DNA from: Pirellulales bacterium
Lineage (GTDB): Bacteria > Planctomycetota > Planctomycetia > Pirellulales > UBA1268
Direction: 5' to 3'
Assembly: GCA_044238145.1 (NCBI GenBank)
Contig: JBIIDT010000001.1
Span: 15,172-79,171 of the forward strand
Length of the DNA stretch: 64,000 nt
The translations under genes were made by a program, and so were the position numbers. Below the pieces are notes generated by a model, which ran no database searches, had not been told where the DNA came from, and saw nothing but the letters and a program-made list of their open reading frames with translations. Within the stretch, counting starts at the first letter, position 1. Every line of letters begins with the position of its first letter. Positions 28,919-37,553 of this stretch are shown in pieces.

Positions 28919-31051
28919 ATGTCGCCTGCCCACGTCCTCAACCTGGCCCTGTGCCTCGGCCTGTCACTGACCGCCTTCGCTAGTGCCACCGCCGCCGAGC
29001 CGCAGGCGGCGGCCGATGCGCTGCCGCTCAAGAAGGTTGTCCTCTTCACCTCGGGCGTCGGGTTCTTCCAGCACGCCGGCAAGGTCACCGATGACGCCAC
29101 GGTGGAGATGAAGTTCGCGGCCGACGACGTCAACGATCTGCTCAAGAGCATGGTCCTCGAGGACTTGGGTGGCGGCACGGTCTCGACCGTGAGCTACGCC
29201 TCCCGCGATCCGATCACCAAGACCCTCGGCACGTTCGCCGTGAACCTCACCGACAATCCCTCGATGGGCCAGATCCTCGCGCGGCTGCGGGGCGAGAAGA
29301 TCGAGGTCGACGCCGCCGCGCCGGCGGCCGGCACGATCGTGGGCGTGGAGAAGCGGATGGTGCCGGCCGGCGAGAACAAGACGGTGGAGAAGGAGTTCGT
29401 CACGCTGCTCACGGCCGAGGGACTGAAGACGATCGCCCTCGACACGATCACGCGGATCAAGCTCGTCGATCCCCGGCTGCAGGGCGAACTGGAAAAGGCC
29501 CTCGCGGTGCTCGCCCTGGGGCACGACAACGACAAGAAGGCGGTGACGCTGCAGTTTGCGGGGCAGGGCCCGCGGGACGTGCGGGTGGGCTACGTGCAGG
29601 AGTCGCCGCTCTGGAAGACGAGCTACCGGCTCGTCCTCGACGACGCGGTGGAGGCGGGCAAGGAGGCGAAGGCACAGGCGCTTTTGCAGGGCTGGGCGAT
29701 CGTGGAGAACACGACCGACCAGGACTGGAAGGACGTGACGATGACGCTCGTCAGCGGCCGGCCGATCTCGTTCCGCATGGACCTCTACCAGCCGCTCTAC
29801 GTGCCCCGGCCGCAGGTCATGCCGGAGCTCTACGCCTCGCTCATGCCGCAGCTCTACGGGCAGGATCTGGCGAATGACGCGGCGGAGTTTCGGCGGGCGG
29901 CACAGGACCGGTCCCGCGACGGCATGGTGGCGGATAAGAAAGGTGATGACAGGTTCGGCGGGCAGCAAGCCGCCAGGGCCGCCGCGGCTCCCGCCCCCGA
30001 GATGCAAAGGGAGAGAGAGTCGGCGCAGCAGGCCAAGGCCAAACGGATGCTCGAAGGCGCCGCCAGCATCCAGAGCATGGCGGCGGGCTCGAACCTGGGC
30101 GAACTGTTCCGCTACGAGATCGCCAAGCCGGTGACGATCGAGCGGCAGCGGTCGGCGATGCTGCCGATCGTGGGCGAGAGGGTGGAGGTGGAGAAAGTCG
30201 CGATCTACGACGACCGCGTGCTCGCCAAGCACCCGCTCTCCGGCCTGCGGCTTGTGAACACCACCAAGCTCGACCTCATGCAGGGGCCAGTCACCGTCTT
30301 CGAGGCGGGTGCCTACGCCGGTGACGCCCGGGTCGAGGACATGGCCCCCGGCAGCGAGCGGCTGGTGAGCTACGCCGTGGACCTCGACGTCGAGGTCAAT
30401 CCCCGCATCGAGCAGAAGCCCGAGGAGATCGTGAGCGTGAGGATCGCCAAGGGCACGCTCATCGCCACGCGGAAGTACGCCCGCACGAAGGTCTTCGAGA
30501 TCAAAAACTCGGGCTCCAAGCCCGTGAAGCTGCTCGTCGAGCATCCGCGGGAGGGGGGCTGGAACCTCGTGGCCCCGAAGGAGGCGGCCGAGACGAGCCG
30601 CGACCGCTACCGCTTCGCCGTCACGGCCGAGCCGGGGAAGCCCGCGAAGCTCGAGGTGGCGGAGGAGCAGCAGGGCGTGCAGCACGTCGCCCTGACGAAC
30701 ATCGACGACGGCACGATCCTGTTCTACATCCGCGCGAAGGCGACGAGCCCGGCGGTGAAGGAGGCGCTCGAGCAGGTGATCGCGAAGAAGCGGGCGATCG
30801 AGGAGATCGTGCGGAAGAAGCAGGAACGGGAGCGGGAGATCCAGGTGGTGGAGCAGGAGCAGAACCGGATCCGCCAGAACATGGCCCAGCTCGACCGCAC
30901 GAACGAACTGTATGCCAAGTACGTGAAGAAGTTCGCCGAGCAGGAGGACCGCGTGGAGGCCCTCCGCAAGGAGATCGCGGCACTCATCCAGCAGGAGCAG
31001 GAGGCGCGGAAGGCCCTCGACGAGCTGCTCGTGAAGATGGAGTTGAACTGA
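28919..31051 (+). CDS. Secreted DUF4139-like protein with C-terminal coiled-coil
   Basis: 710 aa with a signal peptide (LALCLGLSLTAFASATA). V.LFTSGVGFF.H.G and GYV.ESP.WK.SYRLVL..QGWA.VEN.TD.DW.DV...LVSGRPISF resemble DUF4139 family proteins from memory. The last ~90 aa are coiled-coil. Confidence 0.55.
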   Translation: MSPAHVLNLALCLGLSLTAFASATAAEPQAAADALPLKKVVLFTSGVGFFQHAGKVTDDATVEMKFAADDVNDLLKSMVLEDLGGGTVSTVSYASRDPITKTLGTFAVNLTDNPSMGQILARLRGEKIEVDAAAPAAGTIVGVEKRMVPAGENKTVEKEFVTLLTAEGLKTIALDTITRIKLVDPRLQGELEKALAVLALGHDNDKKAVTLQFAGQGPRDVRVGYVQESPLWKTSYRLVLDDAVEAGKEAKAQALLQGWAIVENTTDQDWKDVTMTLVSGRPISFRMDLYQPLYVPRPQVMPELYASLMPQLYGQDLANDAAEFRRAAQDRSRDGMVADKKGDDRFGGQQAARAAAAPAPEMQRERESAQQAKAKRMLEGAASIQSMAAGSNLGELFRYEIAKPVTIERQRSAMLPIVGERVEVEKVAIYDDRVLAKHPLSGLRLVNTTKLDLMQGPVTVFEAGAYAGDARVEDMAPGSERLVSYAVDLDVEVNPRIEQKPEEIVSVRIAKGTLIATRKYARTKVFEIKNSGSKPVKLLVEHPREGGWNLVAPKEAAETSRDRYRFAVTAEPGKPAKLEVAEEQQGVQHVALTNIDDGTILFYIRAKATSPAVKEALEQVIAKKRAIEEIVRKKQEREREIQVVEQEQNRIRQNMAQLDRTNELYAKYVKKFAEQEDRVEALRKEIAALIQQEQEARKALDELLVKMELN

Positions 31052-31057
31052 CGGCCG

Positions 31058-32236
31058 TCATCCGCCGCGGGGCTGGAAGCAGATGCAGACGCAGCCCGGC
31101 ACGGCGAGCGTCCGGTCGGTGAATGACAGCTGGCCGGTCTTGGCGTCGAGGGCCAAGACCGCCACGGTCCCGGAATCCTGGCCGGCCGTGAGCAGGAACC
31201 GGCCGCCCGGCGCGATCGCGAAGTGGCGGGGTGTCTTCACGCGGGCCGGCTCGACGCCGAGGAACGTGAGCCTGCCGGTGGCGGCGTCCACTGCGTAGGC
31301 GGCGATCGAATCGTGGCCGCGGTTGGACGCGTAGAGGAACTTGCCGGTCGGATGGACGGCGATCTCGGCGGTGGAGAAGCCGCGGCGTTCGGTCACGGCG
31401 GCGGGCAGCGTGGGGAGCGTCTGGAGTTCCGAGAGCGTGCCGGCCTCCGGGTCGAAGGCGAACGCGGTGACCGTGAGGTCGAGTTCGTTGACGCAGTAGC
31501 CGAACCGGCCGCCGGGATGCAGGGCGAAGTGCCGCGGGCCGGCCCCGGCCTTCGTGGCCGCGAAGCCGTGCGGCGCGAGCGTCGCCCGCTCCCGATCGAG
31601 GGCGTGGACGAACACCTTGTCGAGCCCGAGATCGCAGACGATCGCGAATCGGCCGTCAGGGGTGGGGTCGATCGAATGGCCATGAGGCTTGTCCTGGCGC
31701 CGGGCGTCGAAGCCCTCGTCCGGTTTCCGGTCGTACGCGTGCTGCAGGAAGCCGCCCGGCGCGCCCTCGACCACCGTCTCGAGGTCGCCGTCGGCCGCGA
31801 GGCCGAGGCAGATGGCGCTACCGCCACCGTAGTTGGCGGCGAGGGCCACGCGGCCATCCGCGTCGACCGAGACGTGGCACGGGCCGGCCCCGCCGGAGGG
31901 CCGGTGGTTCCGGGGGGTGAGCCGCCCCGTTGCCCGGTCGATGGCGAAGGCCTGCACGGACCCGACCCGCGAGCCGTCGTCGTTCACGACGTCGGCCACC
32001 GCATACAGGACCGGCAGCGAGGGATGGAGGGCGAGGAACGAGGGGCTCTGCGCCCGGGCGGCGAGTTCCGGCGCGGAGACGGCGCCGGTCGCGTCGTCGA
32101 ACCGCGCGACGTAGATCCCCTCGGAGCCGGTCTTCGGGCCCGTGTAGGTGCCGAACCAGACGAGGTGCTCGGCGGCGCAGGCGGTGGCAGCGAGGCAGGT
32201 GGCGGCGCAGCAGACCAGAATGCGGATGGACGCCAT
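31058..32236 (-). CDS. Lactonase, 7-bladed beta-propeller family (6-phosphogluconolactonase-like), secreted
   Basis: Signal peptide MASIRILVCCAATCLAATACAA. Repeated blades carry P..L..HP....LY..N, GPCH..VD..GR, GPRHFA.HP.G.F.Y..NE, G.S.AEI.VHP.GKFLY.SNRGHDSI..Y. Confidence 0.75.
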   Translation of the reverse strand: MASIRILVCCAATCLAATACAAEHLVWFGTYTGPKTGSEGIYVARFDDATGAVSAPELAARAQSPSFLALHPSLPVLYAVADVVNDDGSRVGSVQAFAIDRATGRLTPRNHRPSGGAGPCHVSVDADGRVALAANYGGGSAICLGLAADGDLETVVEGAPGGFLQHAYDRKPDEGFDARRQDKPHGHSIDPTPDGRFAIVCDLGLDKVFVHALDRERATLAPHGFAATKAGAGPRHFALHPGGRFGYCVNELDLTVTAFAFDPEAGTLSELQTLPTLPAAVTERRGFSTAEIAVHPTGKFLYASNRGHDSIAAYAVDAATGRLTFLGVEPARVKTPRHFAIAPGGRFLLTAGQDSGTVAVLALDAKTGQLSFTDRTLAVPGCVCICFQPRGG

Positions 32237-32250
32237 CGGGCAAAGTCCTC

Positions 32251-33609
32251 ATGCTGCCGGAAACGGGATTCGATCGCGCCGAGGCCGACATTCTGACGCT
32301 CATGGACGACGGTTGCAACGACGGCGCAGGCCCAGGGACGGCACCCAACCGCGAGCGGCGCAACACCGCCTGCCTCGAGCTGTACCAGGTGATCGTCCGC
32401 GTCGGCTGGATCTTCAAGACCGAGACGATCATCATGCCGGCCGTGCTCGACGCCGTCGTCGACTCGGGCCTGCTGCGGGGCCTGCTGCCGGTGCTCAACC
32501 GCGGCGGGCAGAGCCTGACGCCGCTCCTCTTCTCGGCGGCCCTCGCCCGGCGGCCGCTGAAGAAGTGGTCGCTCGTCGGCACCACGCTCGCGATGGCGGC
32601 CTGCTTCGCCGCGCTGGCTGCGGCCTGGGCGACGGTGCAGGGGAGCCGGCCGGACGTGCTCGCCGTCGTGTTCCTCGTGCTGTACGCGGTCTTCTCGGCG
32701 GCCAACGGCCTGACGCAGCTCGCGGCGGCGGCGCTCCAGGGGAAGCTCGTGGCGGCCGGGCACCGCGGTCGGGCGATGGTCGTGAGCGTGGTGATCGGCA
32801 GCCTGCTGGCGATCGTCGCAGCCTTCGCCCTGCTCGGACCGTGGCTGGCGGAGGCCGACGGGTTTCCGAAGATCTTCGGGATCACGGCGGTCTTCTTCGC
32901 GGCCGCTGCCGTCGTGCCCGCGCTGCTCGACGAGCCCGCCGACCCGGTCGCGGCCCGGTCGGCACCGGCGGCCTCGGGCCGGACGGGATGGGCGGTCGCG
33001 GCCTTACGGTCGGGCGTTGCCGGATGGCGGCGGACGCTCCGCCATGACCCGGCGCTCGTGCGGCTGTGCCTCGTGGCCGCCTGTTTCTCGGCTGTGCTCA
33101 TGCTCTTCCCCCACTACCAGGCCTTCGCCCGGGACCGTCTCGGCAGCGGTCGCGAGAGCCTGCTCACCTGGGTCGTCGTGCAGAACGCGGCGACGGGCGT
33201 GGTGAGCCTGTTCGCCGGACCGTTCGCCGACCGGCGTGGCACCCGGCTCGTGCTCGTCTGGCTCGTGGCACTCTCCGCGTTCACGCCGCTGGTCGTCACC
33301 GGGCTGTCGCTCCTGCCGCATGCGGTGGCCGTGGGCTGGTTCTGGATCGTCTACGCGACGCTGGGACTCAACCCGATCTCGCTCAAGATCTTCACCAACT
33401 ACGCGCTGGAGCTGGCGCCGGACGCGGCCGAGCACCCGCGGTACGTGAGCATCGTGGGGGCGGCCCTGGCCGCGCCATTCGTGCTTTCGCCGCTGATCGG
33501 ACTGGCCATCGACCTCGTCGGCTTCCGGCCGGTGTTCGTGCTCGGGGCGGCCGTGATCGCCGTCGGCGCGGCGGTTGGAATCGGGCTGCCGGAGCCCCGG
33601 CGGCCGTGA
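32251..33609 (+). CDS. MFS-type transporter
   Basis: ATG at 32251 within ORF 31930..33609. About 12 predicted hydrophobic helices. Contains FAGPFADRRGTR, resembling the MFS loop motif. The start assignment is uncertain. Confidence 0.6.
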   Translation: MLPETGFDRAEADILTLMDDGCNDGAGPGTAPNRERRNTACLELYQVIVRVGWIFKTETIIMPAVLDAVVDSGLLRGLLPVLNRGGQSLTPLLFSAALARRPLKKWSLVGTTLAMAACFAALAAAWATVQGSRPDVLAVVFLVLYAVFSAANGLTQLAAAALQGKLVAAGHRGRAMVVSVVIGSLLAIVAAFALLGPWLAEADGFPKIFGITAVFFAAAAVVPALLDEPADPVAARSAPAASGRTGWAVAALRSGVAGWRRTLRHDPALVRLCLVAACFSAVLMLFPHYQAFARDRLGSGRESLLTWVVVQNAATGVVSLFAGPFADRRGTRLVLVWLVALSAFTPLVVTGLSLLPHAVAVGWFWIVYATLGLNPISLKIFTNYALELAPDAAEHPRYVSIVGAALAAPFVLSPLIGLAIDLVGFRPVFVLGAAVIAVGAAVGIGLPEPRRP

Positions 33610-33713
33610 AAAAAGAGTTGCCCCGGCCCGCGGCGGCCCCTATGCTCACGCCCAGCGGGAAGGGTTTCCCCGGGTTTCCAGCGCCAGCATCCATCTGCCA
33701 GGAGAGGTTCGCC

Positions 33714-34157
33714 ATGAAGAGCCGCATCGCCACCGTCGTGTCGCTTCTGTCCATTGCCGTCGCCTGCTCGGCCATCGTCGTCTCGGCGGCGGTCAAGGAG
33801 CCGAAGGACGCCAAGTGCCCCGTGTCGGGCAAGGGCTGCAATCCCGACAAGAGCGCCGACTTCGCTGGTGGCAAGGTGTACTTCTGCTGCGGGAACTGCG
33901 CCGGCGCTTTCGAGAAGGACTCCGCCAAGTTCGCCGCCAAGGCGCACCAGCAGATGGTCTCGACCGGCCAGCTCGTGCAGAAGGGCTGCCCCTTCAGCGG
34001 TGGGCCGGTGAAGGACGGCACGAAGATCATGATCGGCGACGCTGAGGTCGGCTTCTGCTGCCCCAACTGCAAGGGCAAGGTCGAGAAGGCCGCGGCCGAC
34101 GAGCAGGTGACCATGGTGTTCGGGAAGATCGAGAAGGGCTTCGCCCCGGCGAAGTGA
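33714..34157 (+). CDS. Exported protein with two YHS/TRASH-like Cys motifs
   Basis: ATG at 33714 with GGAGAGG upstream. Signal/TM segment MKSRIATVVSLLSIAVACSAIVV. Two modules: CPVSGKG..GGKVYFCCGNCAGAFEKD and CPFSGGPV..AEVGFCCPNCKGKVEKA. Confidence 0.6.
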   Translation: MKSRIATVVSLLSIAVACSAIVVSAAVKEPKDAKCPVSGKGCNPDKSADFAGGKVYFCCGNCAGAFEKDSAKFAAKAHQQMVSTGQLVQKGCPFSGGPVKDGTKIMIGDAEVGFCCPNCKGKVEKAAADEQVTMVFGKIEKGFAPAK

Positions 34158-34182
34158 CCCGAGCGGCGGGGCTGCGAGGGTC

Positions 34183-34314
34183 GGGGCTGCCCATGCCCCG
34201 TCGCCGGACGTTCGCTGCGGCCCTCCAGGCCTTCGCTCTCTCGGAGCTGGCTGCGCTTCGGCATCCATGCCTTCGCTGGCCAGCTACGCCGGCTCTCAGG
34301 GCATGGGCAGCCCC
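34183..34314 (+). repeat. Structured intergenic repeat, copy B
   Basis: Perfect 15-nt terminal inverted repeat GGGGCTGCCCATGCC ... GGCATGGGCAGCCCC. The interior is about 90% identical by eye to copy C. Confidence 0.8.
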
Positions 34315-34433
34315 TCCCGGTGCGTCGTGCGGAGGGGAGAAAGGGTGCGAATCGCGTCGTGAAAATGGCCTAGGGCAGGGGGCGCGAACGTGAAATACTC
34401 CGCAGGGGGCCGACGGGCTCCGTGGAGTTTTTC

Positions 34434-35660
34434 ATGCGCGTCTTCCTCTCGGCCGGCGAGCCTTCGGGCGACCACCATGCGGCGCTGCTCGTGCAGGCGC
34501 TGCGGGCGGCGCGGCCCGACGTGGAGTGCGTGGGGCTCGGGGGGCCGCAGATGGCGGCCGCCGGCTGCACGCTCGTGGCCGACATGACGCGGCTGGCCGT
34601 GATGTGGTTCCTGCGGGTGATTCTCAACATCCACCGCTTCGTCGACCTGGCTCGGCGGGCCGAACGGAGCTTCCTCGACCAGCGGCCCGACGTCTGCGTG
34701 CTCGTCGATTTCCCGGGCTTCCACTGGTGGCTCGCCTGGCGGGCGAAGCGGCACGGCATCCCGGTCCTCTTCTACTGCCCGCCACAGATCTGGGCCTGGG
34801 CGCAGTGGCGGGTCGGGAAGATGCGACGGCTCGTCGATCACGTGCTCTCCGCACTCCCCTTCGAGCACGAGTGGTTCACGGCGCAGGGTTTGCCGAGCAC
34901 GCTCGTCGGCCACCCGTTCTTCGACGAGCTCGACGTGGCTGCGGCCCGTGCCGACGGCACGGCCGCGCAGCCACTCGTGCTGCTCCTGCCGGGATCGCGC
35001 AGCCAGGAGATCGAGAGCGTGCTTGGCTCTCTCGTCCGGGCGGCGGCGGCGATCCGCGGGCGGGTCGCCGGCTGCCGGCTGGCCGTCGGGGCGCTGCACG
35101 AGCGGCATGCTCGCCGGATCGAGGCCACGCTCGCCGCCGACCCGGTGGCCCGGGGTCTGGGCATCGAGGTTCACGCGGGGCGGACGCGGCACCTGATCGG
35201 GGAGGCCACCGCGGCGATCGCCTGCTCGGGCTCGGTGTCGCTCGAACTGCTCGCCGCGCGGGTGCCGACCGTGATCGTCTACCGGATCAGCGGCCTGGCC
35301 TATGTCGTGCAGAGCTGGTTCCGCCGCGCACGGTTCATCACGCTGGTGAACCTGCTGGCCTGCCGCGTGCCCGTCGGTCCCGTACAGCCCGTGGTCCTGC
35401 CGCCTGCGACGGTGCCGCCGGCCGATCCGGAGGCGGTGTATCCCGAGTACCTCACCGTGCAGGATCCGGCCGACCGGGCCGCGGAGCACCTCGTCGAGTG
35501 GCTCGTGGATCCGGACGCCCGGCGGCGGGCCGTCGCGCGGATCGACGCCGTGGCCATCCGCGTCGCCCATGGTGGTTCGGCCGCCCGTGCCGCCGCGGCG
35601 GTGCTCGCCATCGCCCGGCCGGCCGGCGGCGTGGCCGCCGCGCGGCGTCAGGCGGCGTAG
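34434..35660 (+). CDS. lpxB: Lipid-A-disaccharide synthase
   Basis: MRVFLSAGEPSGDHHAA..L matches the canonical LpxB N-terminus. Further matches: D.PGF......A...GIPV..Y..PQ.WAW...R, LLPGSR..E, SG..SLE. ATG at 34434 (GGAG upstream); alternative start at 34422. Confidence 0.9.
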   Translation: MRVFLSAGEPSGDHHAALLVQALRAARPDVECVGLGGPQMAAAGCTLVADMTRLAVMWFLRVILNIHRFVDLARRAERSFLDQRPDVCVLVDFPGFHWWLAWRAKRHGIPVLFYCPPQIWAWAQWRVGKMRRLVDHVLSALPFEHEWFTAQGLPSTLVGHPFFDELDVAAARADGTAAQPLVLLLPGSRSQEIESVLGSLVRAAAAIRGRVAGCRLAVGALHERHARRIEATLAADPVARGLGIEVHAGRTRHLIGEATAAIACSGSVSLELLAARVPTVIVYRISGLAYVVQSWFRRARFITLVNLLACRVPVGPVQPVVLPPATVPPADPEAVYPEYLTVQDPADRAAEHLVEWLVDPDARRRAVARIDAVAIRVAHGGSAARAAAAVLAIARPAGGVAAARRQAA

Positions 35661-35698
35661 CGGACGGCGGCCGCTTGCCGGGCGGCGGCCAGGGCCGG

Positions 35699-36523
35699 AT
35701 GATGGGTCCGGACGCGACGAACGAGGCCGGGATCCCACGCATGCTGCTCGCCGAACCGCAGGATTCCGGCGCCGATTGGCGGTTCGAACTGCTCGGCATC
35801 CCCGTCCGCGTCTCCGTCTGGTTCTGGCTGGCGGCGGCGCTGCTCGGCTGGAACGTGTGCCAGGCGTTCTCCGGCGGCGACCAGCGGACGCTTCTGCAGA
35901 TGCTGGCGATCTGGATCGGTGTCGTGTTCGTGTCGATCCTCGTCCACGAGTTCGGCCATGCGCTGGCCTACCGCTCTTTCGGGCAGCGCTCGCACGTCGT
36001 CCTCTACCACTTCGGCGGACTGGCGATCCCGGAGGCCTGGGGGCGGCGGACGCACCTCCGGCCGCTCCAGCGGTTTCTCGTCTCGGCGGCCGGGCCGGCG
36101 GCGCAGTTGCTGCTCGCGGCGGCCGTCGTGATGGGCCTCAAGGCGGCCGGGATGGTGGTGCCGTTTCCGCTCGAGAGCCTCGGCCGGCGGTTGGGACTCT
36201 ATGCCGGCCGGGAGTTCGCCTCGCCCCTCGTGTACGCCCTCTGCGATTTTCTGCTCTTCGTGAACGTCCTGTGGCCGCTCATGAACCTGCTGCCGGTGCC
36301 GCCGCTCGACGGCGGGCAGATGGTGCGGGAAGGGCTGCTCGCCCTCGACGTGCCGGACGCCCATCGGATCGCGGGCATGATCGGCGTGGTGGTCGGCGGC
36401 GCCGTGGCCTGGTGGGGCTACACGAGCAACGAGCCGTACCTCGGGATCATGTTCGCGATGCTCGCGGCCTCGTGCTTCCAGTCGCTCTCGGCGGGTTCGC
36501 CGCCGTGGCGGCGCTGGAACTGA
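35699..36523 (+). CDS. Site-2 protease family (M50) zinc metalloprotease
   Basis: HEFGHAL zinc motif. Multiple TM helices. NLLPVPPLDGG motif. In-frame starts at 35699 and 35741 within ORF 34526..36523. Confidence 0.8.
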   Translation: MMGPDATNEAGIPRMLLAEPQDSGADWRFELLGIPVRVSVWFWLAAALLGWNVCQAFSGGDQRTLLQMLAIWIGVVFVSILVHEFGHALAYRSFGQRSHVVLYHFGGLAIPEAWGRRTHLRPLQRFLVSAAGPAAQLLLAAAVVMGLKAAGMVVPFPLESLGRRLGLYAGREFASPLVYALCDFLLFVNVLWPLMNLLPVPPLDGGQMVREGLLALDVPDAHRIAGMIGVVVGGAVAWWGYTSNEPYLGIMFAMLAASCFQSLSAGSPPWRRWN

Positions 36524-36537
36524 CCCCCGGCGCGACC

Positions 36538-37299
36538 ATGGCCGAGCGGTTCGTCGTCCTCGGGGCGAGCAACGTGTCGCGGGGCCTCGCCCGCCTGACC
36601 GCGACGCTGCGAGCCCGCGCCGCGGGGCCGGGCGACCTGTTCGTGGCGGCGGGCCACGGCCGCGGCTACGGCGTCAACACGCGCGTCGCCTGGCGGCGGC
36701 TGCCGTCGATCCTCGCCAGCGGCCTGTGGCGAGCGCTCGAACGGGAGGGCGTGGCGGCCCCGGCGGCCCTCGTGACGGACGTGGGCAACGAGCTGCTCTA
36801 CGGCCTCGGTGTCTCGGCCGTGGCTACGGCGGTCCGCGACGCTGTGGAGCGGCTCCGTGACCGGGGCGGCCGCATCGTGATCACGGGCCTGCCGCTGGCG
36901 GGCATCGCCGGCGTGGGGCGTGTGCGGTATCGCCTCCTGCGCACGCTCTACGTGCCTGGCTGCCTGCTCTCGATCGGCGAGCTCAAGGAGGCTGCCAGGT
37001 GGCTCGACGACGAGCTGCGCGCGATCGCCACCGACACCGGTGCCACGTTCATCGAACAGCCAGCCGACTGGTACGGGTTCGACGCGCTGCACGTGCGCCG
37101 GCCGCTCCTCGACACGTTCTGGCGACGGGTCTGCGATGCCTGGGGGCTCCCGGTGGCGACCGCTCGACCGCAGCCGTCGCTCACGGAGTGGGCCGTGCTC
37201 GGTTCACGAGCCGCGGAGGTGCGATCGCTGGCCGGACGGACGCGGCTTACGCGGCAGCCGGTCGTCGAGCAGGATGCATTTCGCGTGTGGATGTACTGA
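36538..37299 (+). CDS. Hypothetical protein, SGNH/GDSL-hydrolase-like fold suspected
   Basis: ATG at 36538 within ORF 35569..37299. Starts MAERFVVLGASNVSRG. Later TDVGNELLYG and D.LH resemble SGNH blocks I, III and V. Weak call. Confidence 0.4.
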   Translation: MAERFVVLGASNVSRGLARLTATLRARAAGPGDLFVAAGHGRGYGVNTRVAWRRLPSILASGLWRALEREGVAAPAALVTDVGNELLYGLGVSAVATAVRDAVERLRDRGGRIVITGLPLAGIAGVGRVRYRLLRTLYVPGCLLSIGELKEAARWLDDELRAIATDTGATFIEQPADWYGFDALHVRRPLLDTFWRRVCDAWGLPVATARPQPSLTEWAVLGSRAAEVRSLAGRTRLTRQPVVEQDAFRVWMY

Positions 37300-37338
37300 C
37301 GTCCGTGGTGCTGCGGCCTACTCGCCCAAACCGGCTCC

Positions 37339-37467
37339 GGGCTCCGGTGCCCCGTCGCCGGACGTTCGCTGCGCCCATCCTGGGCTTCGCTCACTCGGAG
37401 CTGGCTGCGCTGCGGCATCCATGCCTTCGCTGGCCAGCTACGCCGGCTCTCAGGGCACGCGGAGCCC
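37339..37467 (+). repeat. Structured intergenic repeat, copy C
   Basis: Terminal arms GGGCTCCGGTGCC ... GGCACGCGGAGCCC are self-complementary with a 1-nt bulge but differ in sequence from the arms of copy B. The interior is near-identical to copy B. Confidence 0.8.
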
Positions 37468-37553
37468 GAAGCCTCCGTCAACGAGTTTGATTCGTTCGAG
37501 GAAGGCGCGGGGAGAGCTGGCGCTGCACGACAGGCGATCGTCGCCCCGAGCCT

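Noticed and set aside
28964-30685. 573-aa minus-strand ORF antisense to the DUF4139-like gene
   Set aside because: Low-complexity L/R/H/G product. The sense frame has a signal peptide and family motifs.
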